From: Campylobacterales bacterium | GTDB taxonomy: Bacteria > Campylobacterota > Campylobacteria > Campylobacterales > Sulfurimonadaceae | DNA: 64,000 nt | Reading direction: 5' to 3' | Assembly: GCA_038205935.1 (NCBI GenBank) | Contig: JBBRBK010000004.1 | Coordinates: 22,484-86,483, forward strand | Shown here: piece after piece, positions 42,115 to 52,794 of the stretch | Layout: each line of letters starts with the position of its first letter | Numbering within the stretch: position 1 is the stretch's first letter | Translations under genes and position numbers: made by a program | Notes under the pieces: generated by a model | What the model was told of the DNA's origin: nothing | What the model saw: only the letters and a program-made list of their open reading frames with translations | The model's database searches: none

Positions 42115-43064
42115 ACCTTTTGCGCGTTTATGTGACATGCGATCTGATATCCGTGGTTAAGTCCAAGTGCTATCGATCCGCCTGATTCTTGCGTAATATC
42201 CCCCGCTACAAAAAGTCCTTGAGTCGCGGTTTCATAGTTGTCATCATGCACAGGTTTTCCATCTTTTTCTTCGATGCCTGAACTTGCCAAAAATGCGCTT
42301 GGAGTTGTTCCGCCGATAGCATAGATCACTCTGTCATAGACTTCATGTTCTATCTCATCAAAAAGTACTTTCACTTTGCCATCTTCATCTTCAAGACCTA
42401 AAATATTTACATTTAAAATAGCTCGTACTTCTTGATGCGCAACAGCATTTGCAATATCTCTTTGATTTGTCGGATTCGCACGTCCAAACGTTCCTCGCCT
42501 ATAACAGATAGAAACTTTATTTTTTGCACTCAAATCAACGGCATATTCGATAGCGCTGTCTCCACCGCCTACAATGAGAACCTTCTCACCCTCACTACAA
42601 TCATCAAGCGTATAGCCGACTCTTTTTTTAATGCCTGCAGCTATTTTATAATCAGGCTTATTTGGTTTACCCATTCTGCCAATGGTAACAACCACATACT
42701 TTGCCATAACCATATTTCCAGCAAGGTGAACCTCAAGAAGATCTCCATTTTTGACAATCTTACTTACTTCTGTGTGAGTTTTTAGCTCGATGCCATGTGT
42801 TTTAATGACCTCATCAAAAAAGTCCAAAGTCGTTTCTTTTGTACCATCAAGAAAATAGAGATTTCCATCAAGCTCGACTTTTTGACCTTTCCAGTCTTTA
42901 TCTACACGTTTGTTATCTTTGTAATATTTTCGGATAGTAGCATTATGATTGTCATCTTTTTCAAGCATCAAAATATCTCTAATTCCTAAAAGATAACTCT
43001 CAACTGCAGCCGCGATCCCCGCAGGCCCAGCACCGACGATAACCATTTCATAAACTCTTTGCAT
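42111..43064 (-). CDS. Thioredoxin-reductase-like flavoprotein (FqrB-like)
   Basis: VGAGPAG, VGGGDSA and FVAGD motifs; lacks the TrxB CxxC. Confidence 0.8.
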   Translation of the reverse strand: MQRVYEMVIVGAGPAGIAAAVESYLLGIRDILMLEKDDNHNATIRKYYKDNKRVDKDWKGQKVELDGNLYFLDGTKETTLDFFDEVIKTHGIELKTHTEVSKIVKNGDLLEVHLAGNMVMAKYVVVTIGRMGKPNKPDYKIAAGIKKRVGYTLDDCSEGEKVLIVGGGDSAIEYAVDLSAKNKVSICYRRGTFGRANPTNQRDIANAVAHQEVRAILNVNILGLEDEDGKVKVLFDEIEHEVYDRVIYAIGGTTPSAFLASSGIEEKDGKPVHDDNYETATQGLFVAGDITQESGGSIALGLNHGYQIACHINAQKV

Positions 43065-43123
43065 CTGTGTTCCTTGACCTATAGTGTTATAATTCTAGCA
43101 CAGTTAAAAAAATAAAAGGTTTT

Positions 43124-43348
43124 ATGATGATAAAAAAAGAAAGAGAAGTGTGTGTCTGTAACGGTGTTACTGCCGGCGAGGTTATAAAGCTCGTAAAAGA
43201 AAACAATATTCATTCCCTAAAAGAACTGCTTGCTCAAAACATCTGCCCCCTTGGAGACAAATGTGAAAGCTGTCATGAAGATGGTTATGATAATGATGGA
43301 TTTTCTTTGGCAATGATTCTTTCACTCGTGCAGCAAAAGAAAGTTTAA
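43124..43348 (+). CDS. BFD-like (2Fe-2S)-binding protein
   Basis: VCVCNGV...CESC. Confidence 0.8.
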   Translation: MMIKKEREVCVCNGVTAGEVIKLVKENNIHSLKELLAQNICPLGDKCESCHEDGYDNDGFSLAMILSLVQQKKV

Positions 43349-43351
43349 CGC

Positions 43352-43879
43352 TTACGCCAGCTTATCTGGAAAGTAAGTCATAAATTTTTGCATTTTTGGC
43401 GCAATAACCACGCTGCAATACCCCTGATTTGGGTTGTGTGCAAAATAATTTTGATGATACGCCTCAGCCTCGTAAAACTCAGGAAGAGGACTTACTTCTG
43501 TGACTATCTTGTCTCTAAAACTTGCAGAAGCTTTTTTTATAGAGTTTAAAATAGCCTCTTTTTGCGCTTCGTCTTCATAGTAAATGACTGAGCGATACTG
43601 CGTTCCAGCGTCTGCACCTTGGCGGTTTAGTGTTGTCGGATCATGGATAGCCCAGAAAATATCCAAGAGTTCATCCATAGTAATGACTTCTTCATCATAA
43701 CTAATCTCCACTACCTCCGCATGTCCACTTACGCCTGTACATACTTGTTCATAAGAGGGATTTTTCCTAGCGCCTCCTGCGTAACCACTCAAGGCTTTTA
43801 TTACACCCTTGACATTACTAAAAACCGCTTCCACACACCAAAAACATCCGCCGCCTAAAACAAGTTTATTTATCGCCAT
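43352..43879 (-). CDS. msrA: Peptide methionine sulfoxide reductase A
   Basis: GGGCFWC, GTQYRS and AEAYHQNY motifs. Confidence 0.97.
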   Translation of the reverse strand: MAINKLVLGGGCFWCVEAVFSNVKGVIKALSGYAGGARKNPSYEQVCTGVSGHAEVVEISYDEEVITMDELLDIFWAIHDPTTLNRQGADAGTQYRSVIYYEDEAQKEAILNSIKKASASFRDKIVTEVSPLPEFYEAEAYHQNYFAHNPNQGYCSVVIAPKMQKFMTYFPDKLA

Positions 43880-43963
43880 TGAAAATCCTTTTTGTCGATT
43901 GTACTCAAATAAAATATTTTACTTTTTAGCGCAAAATATTAAACTCCGCTTCTAAGAGTAACG

Positions 43964-44842
43964 TCAGTGGTGACGTTTTAAAAGTTCCTTGTAATATATT
44001 TGTACCTTCGGCGCGCTTACATGTAAGGATGTTGCTTCTCTCACAAGATAACCGCAAAGCGTTTGAAGCTCATCTTTTTTGCCCGCTTTTATATCTTTAT
44101 GCATAGAAGTCGATGCACTTTGTGGCAGTTTTGAAGCGGTCTGAAGTGATTTTTCTATTTCCTCTTCTAGCTCCATATTTTTTGCTTTTGCGATGGCTGT
44201 GACTTCTTGTAACAACTCTTTTGCTTCGTCGTAATGGTTTTCATATACCTCTTTTATGGACATATCATAATACGAGGTCAACACTCCAAAAGTGGAAATG
44301 AAAATATATTTCTTCCAAATGGCACTTTGGATATCTTCGGCTATCTTGTATCGCAATCTCGCTTCATCCAAAATAGATGCCAAAATTTCACTGCCCTCGC
44401 CTGCAAAGATGAGATTAAAAACATTCCCCAGCTTTCTTATGTGACCCGCTTTTTCGATGTGTGAAAGGATATAAATACAGCCATCTAGCACTTTTGTATC
44501 TAGCAAAGAGCGAAGTTCATCTCCATGTTCCACTCCGTTGCTTAGACTCAAAACAATACTCTTTTCATCTAAAAAAGGCTTACATGTAAGCGCTGCATCT
44601 TTTAAATCATAGCTCTTCACACAAAACAAAACTAAGTCAAAATGACCGCTAAGTTCACTTACATCTACAGCCATAAAATTTGCTGTAAACTCTTTGTCAT
44701 CTTCTTTTACGTGCAAACCCTCTTTTTGAATCGCACTTAAATGCTCACCTCGTGCCACACCAACGATCTCATTGTTTGTTTGACTCAAATATCCAGCGAT
44801 ATATCCGCCTACTCCACCTAATCCATATATAAGTATTCTCAT
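43964..44842 (-). CDS. panE: Ketopantoate reductase
   Basis: IYGLGGVGG, CVKSY, SNGV and SMHKD motifs. Confidence 0.88.
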   Translation of the reverse strand: MRILIYGLGGVGGYIAGYLSQTNNEIVGVARGEHLSAIQKEGLHVKEDDKEFTANFMAVDVSELSGHFDLVLFCVKSYDLKDAALTCKPFLDEKSIVLSLSNGVEHGDELRSLLDTKVLDGCIYILSHIEKAGHIRKLGNVFNLIFAGEGSEILASILDEARLRYKIAEDIQSAIWKKYIFISTFGVLTSYYDMSIKEVYENHYDEAKELLQEVTAIAKAKNMELEEEIEKSLQTASKLPQSASTSMHKDIKAGKKDELQTLCGYLVREATSLHVSAPKVQIYYKELLKRHH

Positions 44843-44946
44843 TTTTAATCCTTTTCTTATGACGAATTTATTATTTATTTAAACTAATTTTAACGTCACT
44901 CTTTGTATTATTACAGTATATTTGAATTATATCATAAGGAGAGGTT

Positions 44947-46116
44947 ATGAAAAAAGTATTAGTTTTAGGCGGAGGATTTGCTGGAATTGAATCTGCGATT
45001 TACTTGAGAAAAAATAACTATGAGGTTACAGTGGTGAGTGATCGCGACTTTTTTTATATCTATCCGACATCTATTTGGATACCAACGGGTGAGAGTAAAT
45101 TTGAAGATATCTGCATCGATCTTGGCAAGCTTCAAGCGGCTCATGGCTTTACACTACTCGTGGATGGTGTTACTAGCATTGAGGCAAAAACAAAACGTGT
45201 CACTCTTCAAAGCGGCAAAGTTCTTGAAGGGTTTGACAATCTTGTTATCGCTATGGGTGCTTCAAAAATGAAACCTAAAGGTGTTGAAAACACACTTTCT
45301 ATCTGTGGCGATCCTATGCAATCTCTTCTTATCAAAGAAAAACTTGATGCGCTTATGGCAAAGGGAAGCGGGAAAATTTCCTTTGGCTTTGGCGGTAATC
45401 CAAACGACACTTCAGCTGTGCGCGGCGGTCCAGGATTTGAACTTCTTTTCAATGTCCACCATATGCTGAGAAAAAAAGGGATACGTGAAAATTTCGAACT
45501 CACTTTTTTCGCACCAATGGAAAAACCAGGGGCTAGAATGGGTGAACAAGCGCTCAAGATGATGGACATGATTTTCAAACGTACAAACATCGCAAAACAC
45601 TTTGGTAAAAAGATAAAATCCTTTGAAACCGACGGCGTTGTTTTTGAAGATGATTCAAAACTAGTAAGTGATTTTGTGATGTTTATTCCAGCGGGTGATG
45701 GTCATGATGTGATAAAAAATTCAGACCTTCCACAAAACGGTGCAGGTTTTATAGAGATAGATGATTTTTGTGAAGTCACAGGCCTTGAAGGCGTGTATGC
45801 CGTCGGTGATATCGCAGCTATCGAGGGACCTGAATGGAGAGCGAAACAAGGACATATCGCTGAAGTTATGGCTCGAAATATGGCGCACAATATCCAAGTA
45901 AAAGAGAGTGGATCAGGGAAACTTAAAGGCTATAGAGAACATCTGAACATCCTCTGTGTTATGGACAGCGGTGATGGTGCGGCTTTTATTTACCGAGATG
46001 ATAAAAAAGCACGAATGATCCCGATGCCGATCTTTGGACACTGGCTCAAAAAAGGGTGGGGAAAATATTGCCGTCTTTCAAAACTAGGTCGTATCCCAAG
46101 AATACCAGGTATGTAG
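44947..46116 (+). CDS. sqr: Sulfide:quinone oxidoreductase-like FAD-dependent oxidoreductase
   Basis: VLGGGFAG, YAVGD, KQGHIAE and LCVMDSGD motifs. Confidence 0.7.
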   Translation: MKKVLVLGGGFAGIESAIYLRKNNYEVTVVSDRDFFYIYPTSIWIPTGESKFEDICIDLGKLQAAHGFTLLVDGVTSIEAKTKRVTLQSGKVLEGFDNLVIAMGASKMKPKGVENTLSICGDPMQSLLIKEKLDALMAKGSGKISFGFGGNPNDTSAVRGGPGFELLFNVHHMLRKKGIRENFELTFFAPMEKPGARMGEQALKMMDMIFKRTNIAKHFGKKIKSFETDGVVFEDDSKLVSDFVMFIPAGDGHDVIKNSDLPQNGAGFIEIDDFCEVTGLEGVYAVGDIAAIEGPEWRAKQGHIAEVMARNMAHNIQVKESGSGKLKGYREHLNILCVMDSGDGAAFIYRDDKKARMIPMPIFGHWLKKGWGKYCRLSKLGRIPRIPGM

Positions 46117-46125
46117 TATACTTAG

Positions 46126-47964
46126 ATGAAAATAGTTCATAGAGGTTTTCCCATATTTAAAAATTATAAATTGTATCTGTCAGTATTTTTAATAGCCGTG
46201 CTTCTTACAGAAGCCATTCACCTCTATACTGACTATGTTCGTGAGCATACGCAGGAGATGCTCGATGCTATTTACAAGGCTCAAGCCAAAGAGATACATG
46301 ACAATCTCGGACACTTAATCGAACAAAAACAAAAGTCTACACTCGCAATAGCACTCAGCCTTACCAATGATAAAGCACTTATACAACGCATTAAACAAAA
46401 AAATATTCCTAATAATTATTACTCAAATCTCATATCTATGTTTCAAAAAGAAACACTCTATCAAAATGTCTGGATTCAGATAGTAGACAAGGATGCAAAT
46501 TCTCTTTATAGAAGTTGGAGCCCACTCACGGGTGACACTCTTATGGAAGAGAGAGAAGATTTACAAGATATTACTTTGACAAAAAAGGTGGTTCACACCG
46601 TAAGTGCAGGAAAATTTGACCTCTCTATAAAAAGTCTTGTTCCTATTTTTGATCATGACACGCTCATAGGCAGTTTGGGTGTCATTACCCATTTTAACTC
46701 AATCTCTAAAAGTCTTAAAGATGGCAAAATAGACTCTGTTGTCCTCTTGAAAAAAGAGTACAAGAAAAACCTCCTCTACCCTTTTACTAAACTATTTATT
46801 GATGACTATTATGTTGCAAACCTAGACGCTCCACTCGAGATACGGGAATATCTCAAAAAACACGGGATAGAAAACTATTTCAACAACTCATACAAAATAG
46901 AAAACGGTTATATTATCGTCTCTTACGAACTAAAAGATGCTCGTTCAAAGACTCTTGGATATTATATAATGTTTGACAAAATATCAGATCTTCCAAAGCT
47001 GGATCTTCAATTTTTCAGCTTTAAGATGATCGCTTTTTTTGTCTTCTTTGGACTCATACTGCTTTTTGTTTTCAGCACAATCATCTTAGTGAAAAACAGA
47101 AACCAGAAAAAATATTATAAAAATATTCTTGATTCATCAAACAATATCGTAATCATTAACAACGGAGCAAAAATGCTTTACGTGAATAACGCTTTTTTTA
47201 GATATTTTCCTACTTATAGAAGTTTAGAAGAGTTTAAAAAAGATTATCAATGTATATGTGAACTTTTTATCAAGGAAGATGGTTATCTACAGTCTAGTCA
47301 TGGTGATGACTATTGGGTAGAATATGTCTTAAAAAACCTCGATAAAGTACATAAAGCTAAAATAATCTATCTAGATAAAACCTACTATTTTACAGTGACC
47401 GCTGCAATTATTTCAGTAGAAAAACATCACTTCAGTATGGTATTGTCAGATATCACAAAAGAGGAAACCTATCAAAAAGAGTTGTTAGACCTTAGCATAA
47501 AAGATGCACTTACCGGTATAAATAATCGTCGCTTTTTTGACCAAAAATTACAGGAAGAATTTCCTCGAATCCTACGCTATGAATATTCTCTCTCTTTAAT
47601 CATGTTTGATATCGACTTTTTCAAACGTGTAAATGACCAATATGGACATGACGTAGGAGACAATGTGCTTATTGAGTACATTGAACTTATATCCTCTTTC
47701 CTGAGAAAAACCGATATTTTTTGTAGAACTGGCGGAGAAGAGTTTATGATCATTCTTCCTTATACAGTATTAGAAGAAGCACAGCAACTCGCAGAAAAAC
47801 TGCGTCAAGAAGTTGAAAAGCACAAAAAAATATTACCTATTACTATGAGTTTTGGAGTCACTCAGTATCAAAAAGATGATATTATCCCTTTACTTTTAAA
47901 AAGAGTCGACGATGCTTTATATAAGGCTAAAGAAAGTGGAAGAAACTGTGTTGTAGCAGACTAA
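46126..47964 (+). CDS. Membrane-bound sensor diguanylate cyclase
   Basis: Two TM helices, PAS-like segment, DALTG, DIDFFKRVND and GGEEF motifs. Confidence 0.92.
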   Translation: MKIVHRGFPIFKNYKLYLSVFLIAVLLTEAIHLYTDYVREHTQEMLDAIYKAQAKEIHDNLGHLIEQKQKSTLAIALSLTNDKALIQRIKQKNIPNNYYSNLISMFQKETLYQNVWIQIVDKDANSLYRSWSPLTGDTLMEEREDLQDITLTKKVVHTVSAGKFDLSIKSLVPIFDHDTLIGSLGVITHFNSISKSLKDGKIDSVVLLKKEYKKNLLYPFTKLFIDDYYVANLDAPLEIREYLKKHGIENYFNNSYKIENGYIIVSYELKDARSKTLGYYIMFDKISDLPKLDLQFFSFKMIAFFVFFGLILLFVFSTIILVKNRNQKKYYKNILDSSNNIVIINNGAKMLYVNNAFFRYFPTYRSLEEFKKDYQCICELFIKEDGYLQSSHGDDYWVEYVLKNLDKVHKAKIIYLDKTYYFTVTAAIISVEKHHFSMVLSDITKEETYQKELLDLSIKDALTGINNRRFFDQKLQEEFPRILRYEYSLSLIMFDIDFFKRVNDQYGHDVGDNVLIEYIELISSFLRKTDIFCRTGGEEFMIILPYTVLEEAQQLAEKLRQEVEKHKKILPITMSFGVTQYQKDDIIPLLLKRVDDALYKAKESGRNCVVAD

Positions 47965-48605
47965 AACCGAGGATTTTTACACTCATCCATAAACTCTATC
48001 TGAAACTCTATCATCTTTTTAAAAGGGTGTAAAAACTCTTCAAGACTACTTTTTTCTATCATCTCATCACCGTTTTTATCCATCAGCTCAAGTACGCAAA
48101 GTGTGGACTCGATAGTTGAGAGACAGTACTCAGCCGGTTGCTCTTTGATAGCAAATTCCGAAGTTTTTGTATGGGTAAAACTGATGCTTTGTAAAGAGGA
48201 GATATTTGTACTTTCTCGAAGCATCTTTTTTGCACAAGCCCAAGTAGAATCGATGATAAAAATCACCACATTTTTACCCTCAAGGGAGAGTTTATGTGAG
48301 TTAATCTCGATGCTATTTTGATCTGGATAAAGCAGATAACAAAGGTTTTGTGCGTCATTTAAGAGCTCATTGACTCTTTTGTGTGCGCTAAAATTAATCC
48401 CTACATGTAACTCAGAATTTGGCAGCGAAAGATGGGTCAAATGCCCCGTACCGTTTTTGATCTTTCTGTACTCTTTTGGATGCATCAAAATCACAAACTT
48501 TGTTTTAGTCTCAGCTGGCCTTACATGGTAGCACATACAGCTCGATTTTGGTCTGTAACATTTGTAACACTTTTCTCGACTCTCAATTTGCGGTACTGTT
48601 ATCAT
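47961..48605 (-). CDS. DTW-domain tRNA-uridine aminocarboxypropyltransferase (TapT-like)
   Basis: CYKCYRP, ILMHPKE, IIDSTW and LSTIE motifs. Confidence 0.88.
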   Translation of the reverse strand: MITVPQIESREKCYKCYRPKSSCMCYHVRPAETKTKFVILMHPKEYRKIKNGTGHLTHLSLPNSELHVGINFSAHKRVNELLNDAQNLCYLLYPDQNSIEINSHKLSLEGKNVVIFIIDSTWACAKKMLRESTNISSLQSISFTHTKTSEFAIKEQPAEYCLSTIESTLCVLELMDKNGDEMIEKSSLEEFLHPFKKMIEFQIEFMDECKNPRF

Positions 48606-48698
48606 AAACCTTAAACATCCTTACATGTAAGGATTCTCTCATCCTATTTTATGCTCTCTTTGGATAAAATAATACCAATTAACTCATAAAGAAATCCA

Positions 48699-51600
48699 AT
48701 GTCCATAAAACAGCAAATATTAGAGACTATAAAAAAGCGTCCGCTCATCATCGATGGTGCTATGGGAACCCAACTCCAACAGCGTGATAAAGATATTCCT
48801 CTTGAAGCGTGGGAGGGTTTAGAAGGGTGTAACGAGCTCTTAAACGTGACCGCTGTAGATGTGATGGAAAGCATTTACAGTGCGTACCTTACAGCGGGCG
48901 CCGACCTTATCACGACCAATACTTTTGGCTCATTTTCTTGGGTTTTGGACGAATACGGCATCGGTCATCGCGCGTATGAACTCTCACGCGCGGGAGCTGA
49001 GATAGTACGTAAAAAATGTGATGAGTTTTCTACGCCTGAGCAACCTCGCTACGTTCTTGGTTCTATCGGACCGGGAACGAAACTTCCCTCTCTTGGGCAT
49101 ATCCATTACGATGTGATGTTTGAGGGGTATAAAGAGTGTGCACTCGGTCTCATTGACGGTGGAACGGATATATTCTTACTTGAAACGTGTCAAGATCCAT
49201 TGCAAATAAAAGTCGCTTTGCACGCATGTGACGCGGCTTCTAAAGAGCGTGGAGTCGAGATTCCTATCATGGTTTCTGTGACTATCGAGCTTGCTGGAAC
49301 GATGCTTATAGGAACAGATGCTACGACTATTGCGGCGATACTCGAGCCTTTTGACATCATCTCTCTTGGCTTTAACTGCGGAACTGGACCAGATCAGGTC
49401 AAAAAACATGTGAAGACTCTCAGTGAAGTATGGGGAAAACCTATCTCCATCCACGCAAACGCGGGACTTCCTCAAAACCGCGGCGGTTATACATTTTACC
49501 CGATGGGACCAGATGAGTTTGCAGACAAACAAGAGGAGTTTTTAGAGTTTGATGGTGTGAGTTTTCTTGGCGGATGCTGTGGAACAACACCTCAGCATAT
49601 TCGCGCACTTGTGGATCGCGTTACGCCTAAGACTCCAAAAGCTGCCACGGGAAGCCAGCCAAACTCTCTTGCGTCACTTTTTAACACGACACCTTTAATG
49701 CAAAGTCCAGCGCCTTTACTTGTGGGTGAGCGAAGTAATGCAACGGGTTCAAAAGCGTTTCGTGAACTTCTTTTAGCTGAAAACTACGAAGGAACGATGA
49801 GTGTCGGTCAGCAACAAGTTCGTGCAGGCGCGCATGTGCTTGACGTTTCGGTGGGTTTTGCAGGACGTGATGAGACAAAAGACATGAATAAAGTTATGAG
49901 TTTGTATGCTCAAAAGATCGCTCTTCCTTTGATGCCAGATTCTACGCAAACGGCCGCACTTGAAGAGGCACTTAAACTCATCGGCGGAAAACCTATCATC
50001 AACTCGGTCAACCTTGAAGATGGGATAGAAAAGTTTGACACAGTTTGTGGTTTGGCGAAAAAGTTTGGAGCTTCACTTGTATGTTTGACTATCGATGAAA
50101 TCGGTATGGCAAAAACTGTTGAGCGTAAAATAGAGATAGCAGAACGTATCTACGATCTTGCGGTAAACAAACACGGTATAAATCCAGAAGACTTAGTATT
50201 TGATCTTCTGACTTTTACTCTTGGAAGTGGAGATGAAGAGTATTTTGATGCGGGTATCAACACCATCGAAGCGATCCGTCAGCTCAGACTCAGGCACCCA
50301 GAAGTGGGCGCAATTTTGGGACTTTCAAACATCTCTTTTGGACTTGATAAAGATGCGAGACCTTATCTAAACTCAATGTTTTTGCACCATTGTATCCAAG
50401 CGGGACTAACATCTGTTATCATCAATGTCCAGCATATCATCCCCTTAAATAAAATATCTGAGGAAGAGCAAACCCTTTGTGATGATCTTATCTTTAACCG
50501 TCAACCTAAAGGTCAAGCACTCTTTACTTTCATCGACCACTTCAGTCATAAAGAAGCCCTAGACAGCGAAGTAGAAGATGCGGCGTATAAACTTCTCAGC
50601 ACTGAAGAAAAAATAGCAAAACTCTTAATGGATGGCGATAAAGAGCGAATGATCCCACTTGTCGAAGAAGCTCGTCATACCATCGCTCCTGAGAAAATTG
50701 TCAATGAGATTCTCATCGATGCCATGAAAGTCGTAGGTGAACTCTTTGGTTCAGGGCAAATGCAACTTCCTTTTGTACTCCAAAGTGCTGAAACTATGAA
50801 AAAAACTGTCGATCATCTTCAACCTTATCTGCCAAAGATAGATAAAAAAACAGATACGACACTCATACTTGGAACAGTCAGAGGCGATGTCCATGACGTG
50901 GGTAAAAACCTCGTGGATATCATCCTTTCAAATAACGGATTTAAGGTTATCAATCTTGGTATCAAAGTGGATTTAGAAAAATTTTTAGATGCGCTTAAAT
51001 CCAGTAACGCCGATGCCATCGGGATGAGCGGACTTTTAGTAAAATCTACGCAAGTGATGAAAGACAATCTCGAAGCGATGAAAGAAGCGGGCATCAAAAT
51101 CCCTCTTCTTCTTGGCGGCGCGGCACTTACTCGTGCTTTTATAGATGACTTTTGCCGTCCATTTTATGATGGTCCGATCTTTTACTGTAAAGATGCTTTT
51201 GATGGTGTAACTGCGATGAGCCGCATTGAAGCGGGCAATCCTGATACCAATCTGCATCCAAATGCTCCAGTCATAGCAAAAGAAGAGGAGAAAGAGGTCA
51301 TCATTCCTCCATTTTCACAGCTTTCAATGCCTGATCGTGATGTTCGTGTACCGACTCCTCCATTTTGGGGAAGACGTGAGATGAAACTCACTCCCGCGCA
51401 GATAGAAAAAGCGTTTGACTGGATCAACCACAAAATCCTCTTTAAATCTCGCTGGGGTTACAGCTCAAAAGGGATGACAAAAGAGGCGCATGAAAAGCAG
51501 TTAAACGAAGTTGTCTGGCCTGCGTATGAAAAACTCAAAGCACAGTTTTTAGATGAAAAACTCTTTGAGCCGACCATCGTCTATGGCTACTGGCCATGTC

Positions 51601-52187
51601 GCAGTGATGATAATCGCCTTGTCATTTTTGATGAGAGTGAAGGCTTTACATGTAAGGATGATATTAACTTTGAAGAGTTTCACGATGCCTATCCAAGAGC
51701 CGTCGAAGAGTTTACGTTTCCTCGTCAAAGACGTAAACCTCACCGCGCACTCAGTGACTTTTTTCACCACGACAGACACGATGTTATCGCCCTTACTTGT
51801 GTGAGTGCGGGAGCAAAACTCAGCGACGTGGAACGCGAAATCTATGAAGAGGGAAAATACACTGAATACTACCAGTTTCACGGTCTTGGAGTTGAACTCG
51901 CCGAAGCACTCGCAGAGATGGTACATAAGCAAATACGTCTTGATCTTGGTATCGCAGAAAATGAAGGCAACACCATCAACGATGTGCAGATGAACAAATA
52001 TCAAGGCGCGAGATACTCTTTTGGTTACGCGGCTTGTCCGGACTTAGAACTCAACCGTCCACTTTTTAATCTTTTAAAACCTGAGGAGTTTGGAATCGAA
52101 CTGAGCGAGACATTTCAGATACATCCTGAACAATCAACATCAGCACTCGTCGTTTATCATCCAAATGCAACGTACTACAATGTTTAA
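48699..52187 (+). CDS. metH: Cobalamin-dependent methionine synthase
   Basis: DGAMGT, GGCCGT, VGERSN, GDVHDVGKN and RYSFGYAACP motifs. Confidence 0.98.
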   Translation: MSIKQQILETIKKRPLIIDGAMGTQLQQRDKDIPLEAWEGLEGCNELLNVTAVDVMESIYSAYLTAGADLITTNTFGSFSWVLDEYGIGHRAYELSRAGAEIVRKKCDEFSTPEQPRYVLGSIGPGTKLPSLGHIHYDVMFEGYKECALGLIDGGTDIFLLETCQDPLQIKVALHACDAASKERGVEIPIMVSVTIELAGTMLIGTDATTIAAILEPFDIISLGFNCGTGPDQVKKHVKTLSEVWGKPISIHANAGLPQNRGGYTFYPMGPDEFADKQEEFLEFDGVSFLGGCCGTTPQHIRALVDRVTPKTPKAATGSQPNSLASLFNTTPLMQSPAPLLVGERSNATGSKAFRELLLAENYEGTMSVGQQQVRAGAHVLDVSVGFAGRDETKDMNKVMSLYAQKIALPLMPDSTQTAALEEALKLIGGKPIINSVNLEDGIEKFDTVCGLAKKFGASLVCLTIDEIGMAKTVERKIEIAERIYDLAVNKHGINPEDLVFDLLTFTLGSGDEEYFDAGINTIEAIRQLRLRHPEVGAILGLSNISFGLDKDARPYLNSMFLHHCIQAGLTSVIINVQHIIPLNKISEEEQTLCDDLIFNRQPKGQALFTFIDHFSHKEALDSEVEDAAYKLLSTEEKIAKLLMDGDKERMIPLVEEARHTIAPEKIVNEILIDAMKVVGELFGSGQMQLPFVLQSAETMKKTVDHLQPYLPKIDKKTDTTLILGTVRGDVHDVGKNLVDIILSNNGFKVINLGIKVDLEKFLDALKSSNADAIGMSGLLVKSTQVMKDNLEAMKEAGIKIPLLLGGAALTRAFIDDFCRPFYDGPIFYCKDAFDGVTAMSRIEAGNPDTNLHPNAPVIAKEEEKEVIIPPFSQLSMPDRDVRVPTPPFWGRREMKLTPAQIEKAFDWINHKILFKSRWGYSSKGMTKEAHEKQLNEVVWPAYEKLKAQFLDEKLFEPTIVYGYWPCRSDDNRLVIFDESEGFTCKDDINFEEFHDAYPRAVEEFTFPRQRRKPHRALSDFFHHDRHDVIALTCVSAGAKLSDVEREIYEEGKYTEYYQFHGLGVELAEALAEMVHKQIRLDLGIAENEGNTINDVQMNKYQGARYSFGYAACPDLELNRPLFNLLKPEEFGIELSETFQIHPEQSTSALVVYHPNATYYNV

Positions 52188-52219
52188 AATAAATACACTC
52201 TATAAAAGAAAGGTCGACA

Positions 52220-52594
52220 ATGAAATCAACTAAATCAGCTCCTAAAAAGAATTATGGCAATGGTGCAAGACCACCTAGAAACGGCGCTAAAGCTACGCCT
52301 CACTTTGCAAAAAGAAAAGCTCCACCTAAAAAAGTGCTCTTAGATATCGCTCCTAAAAATGAGGTCAAAGAGATGTTTATGAGTTGGTTTAGAAGACACA
52401 ACACTGTTGGGCAGATTATGACAAAGCAAGATGTCGTGAGAGAGATTATCAAGAATCTTGATGCGAAGCAAAATGATGCGCTCGAAGAGGCGATGGGTGA
52501 GCTTGTCAAAAGTGGTTTTATGATTGTGCAAGAAGATGGAGTTACTTTGGTGTTGACGGCTGAGGGTGTAGAGATTCTTAACTCTATGTTTTAA
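52220..52594 (+). CDS. Hypothetical protein with a basic N-terminal tail and winged-helix-like C-terminus
   Basis: 124 aa with SD; K/R/P-rich tail; LVKSGF...LVLTAEG. Confidence 0.7.
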   Translation: MKSTKSAPKKNYGNGARPPRNGAKATPHFAKRKAPPKKVLLDIAPKNEVKEMFMSWFRRHNTVGQIMTKQDVVREIIKNLDAKQNDALEEAMGELVKSGFMIVQEDGVTLVLTAEGVEILNSMF

Positions 52595-52600
52595 AGTGGC

Positions 52601-52794
52601 TTACATGTAAAATATTTCTCTCTGTACTTTTTTCTTCGTAAAAAAGTACCAAAAAAGTGTTGCAACTGACGGAACAACTTTTGCGGCATTTCTTTGTGTC
52701 ACTTTGGATTTTAGCTTTTTTGACCGAGTGGAGTCGTGAAGAAAAGGCGTATACCCAAAGGGCACTTCGCATGTAAAGTGCCCTTGAAAGTATA
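52601..52794. repeat. Composite intergenic repeat or structured element
   Basis: TTACATGTAA at 52601; GTACTTTTTT-CTTCGT-AAAAAAGTAC hairpin at 52624-52649; AAGGGCACTT-N8-AAGTGCCCTT hairpin at 52758-52785. Confidence 0.6.
52752..52769 (+). mobile_element. 18-bp element inserted in an intergenic TACATGTA site
   Basis: GTA[TACCCAAAGGGCACTTCG]CATGTAAA. Confidence 0.78.

Noticed and set aside
52555..52574. GAGGGTGTAGAG near the end of the 52220 ORF matches the end of the pseG element copy
   Set aside because: The GTGCCC arm and the TACATG left flank are missing. It is explained by the codons for AEGVE.
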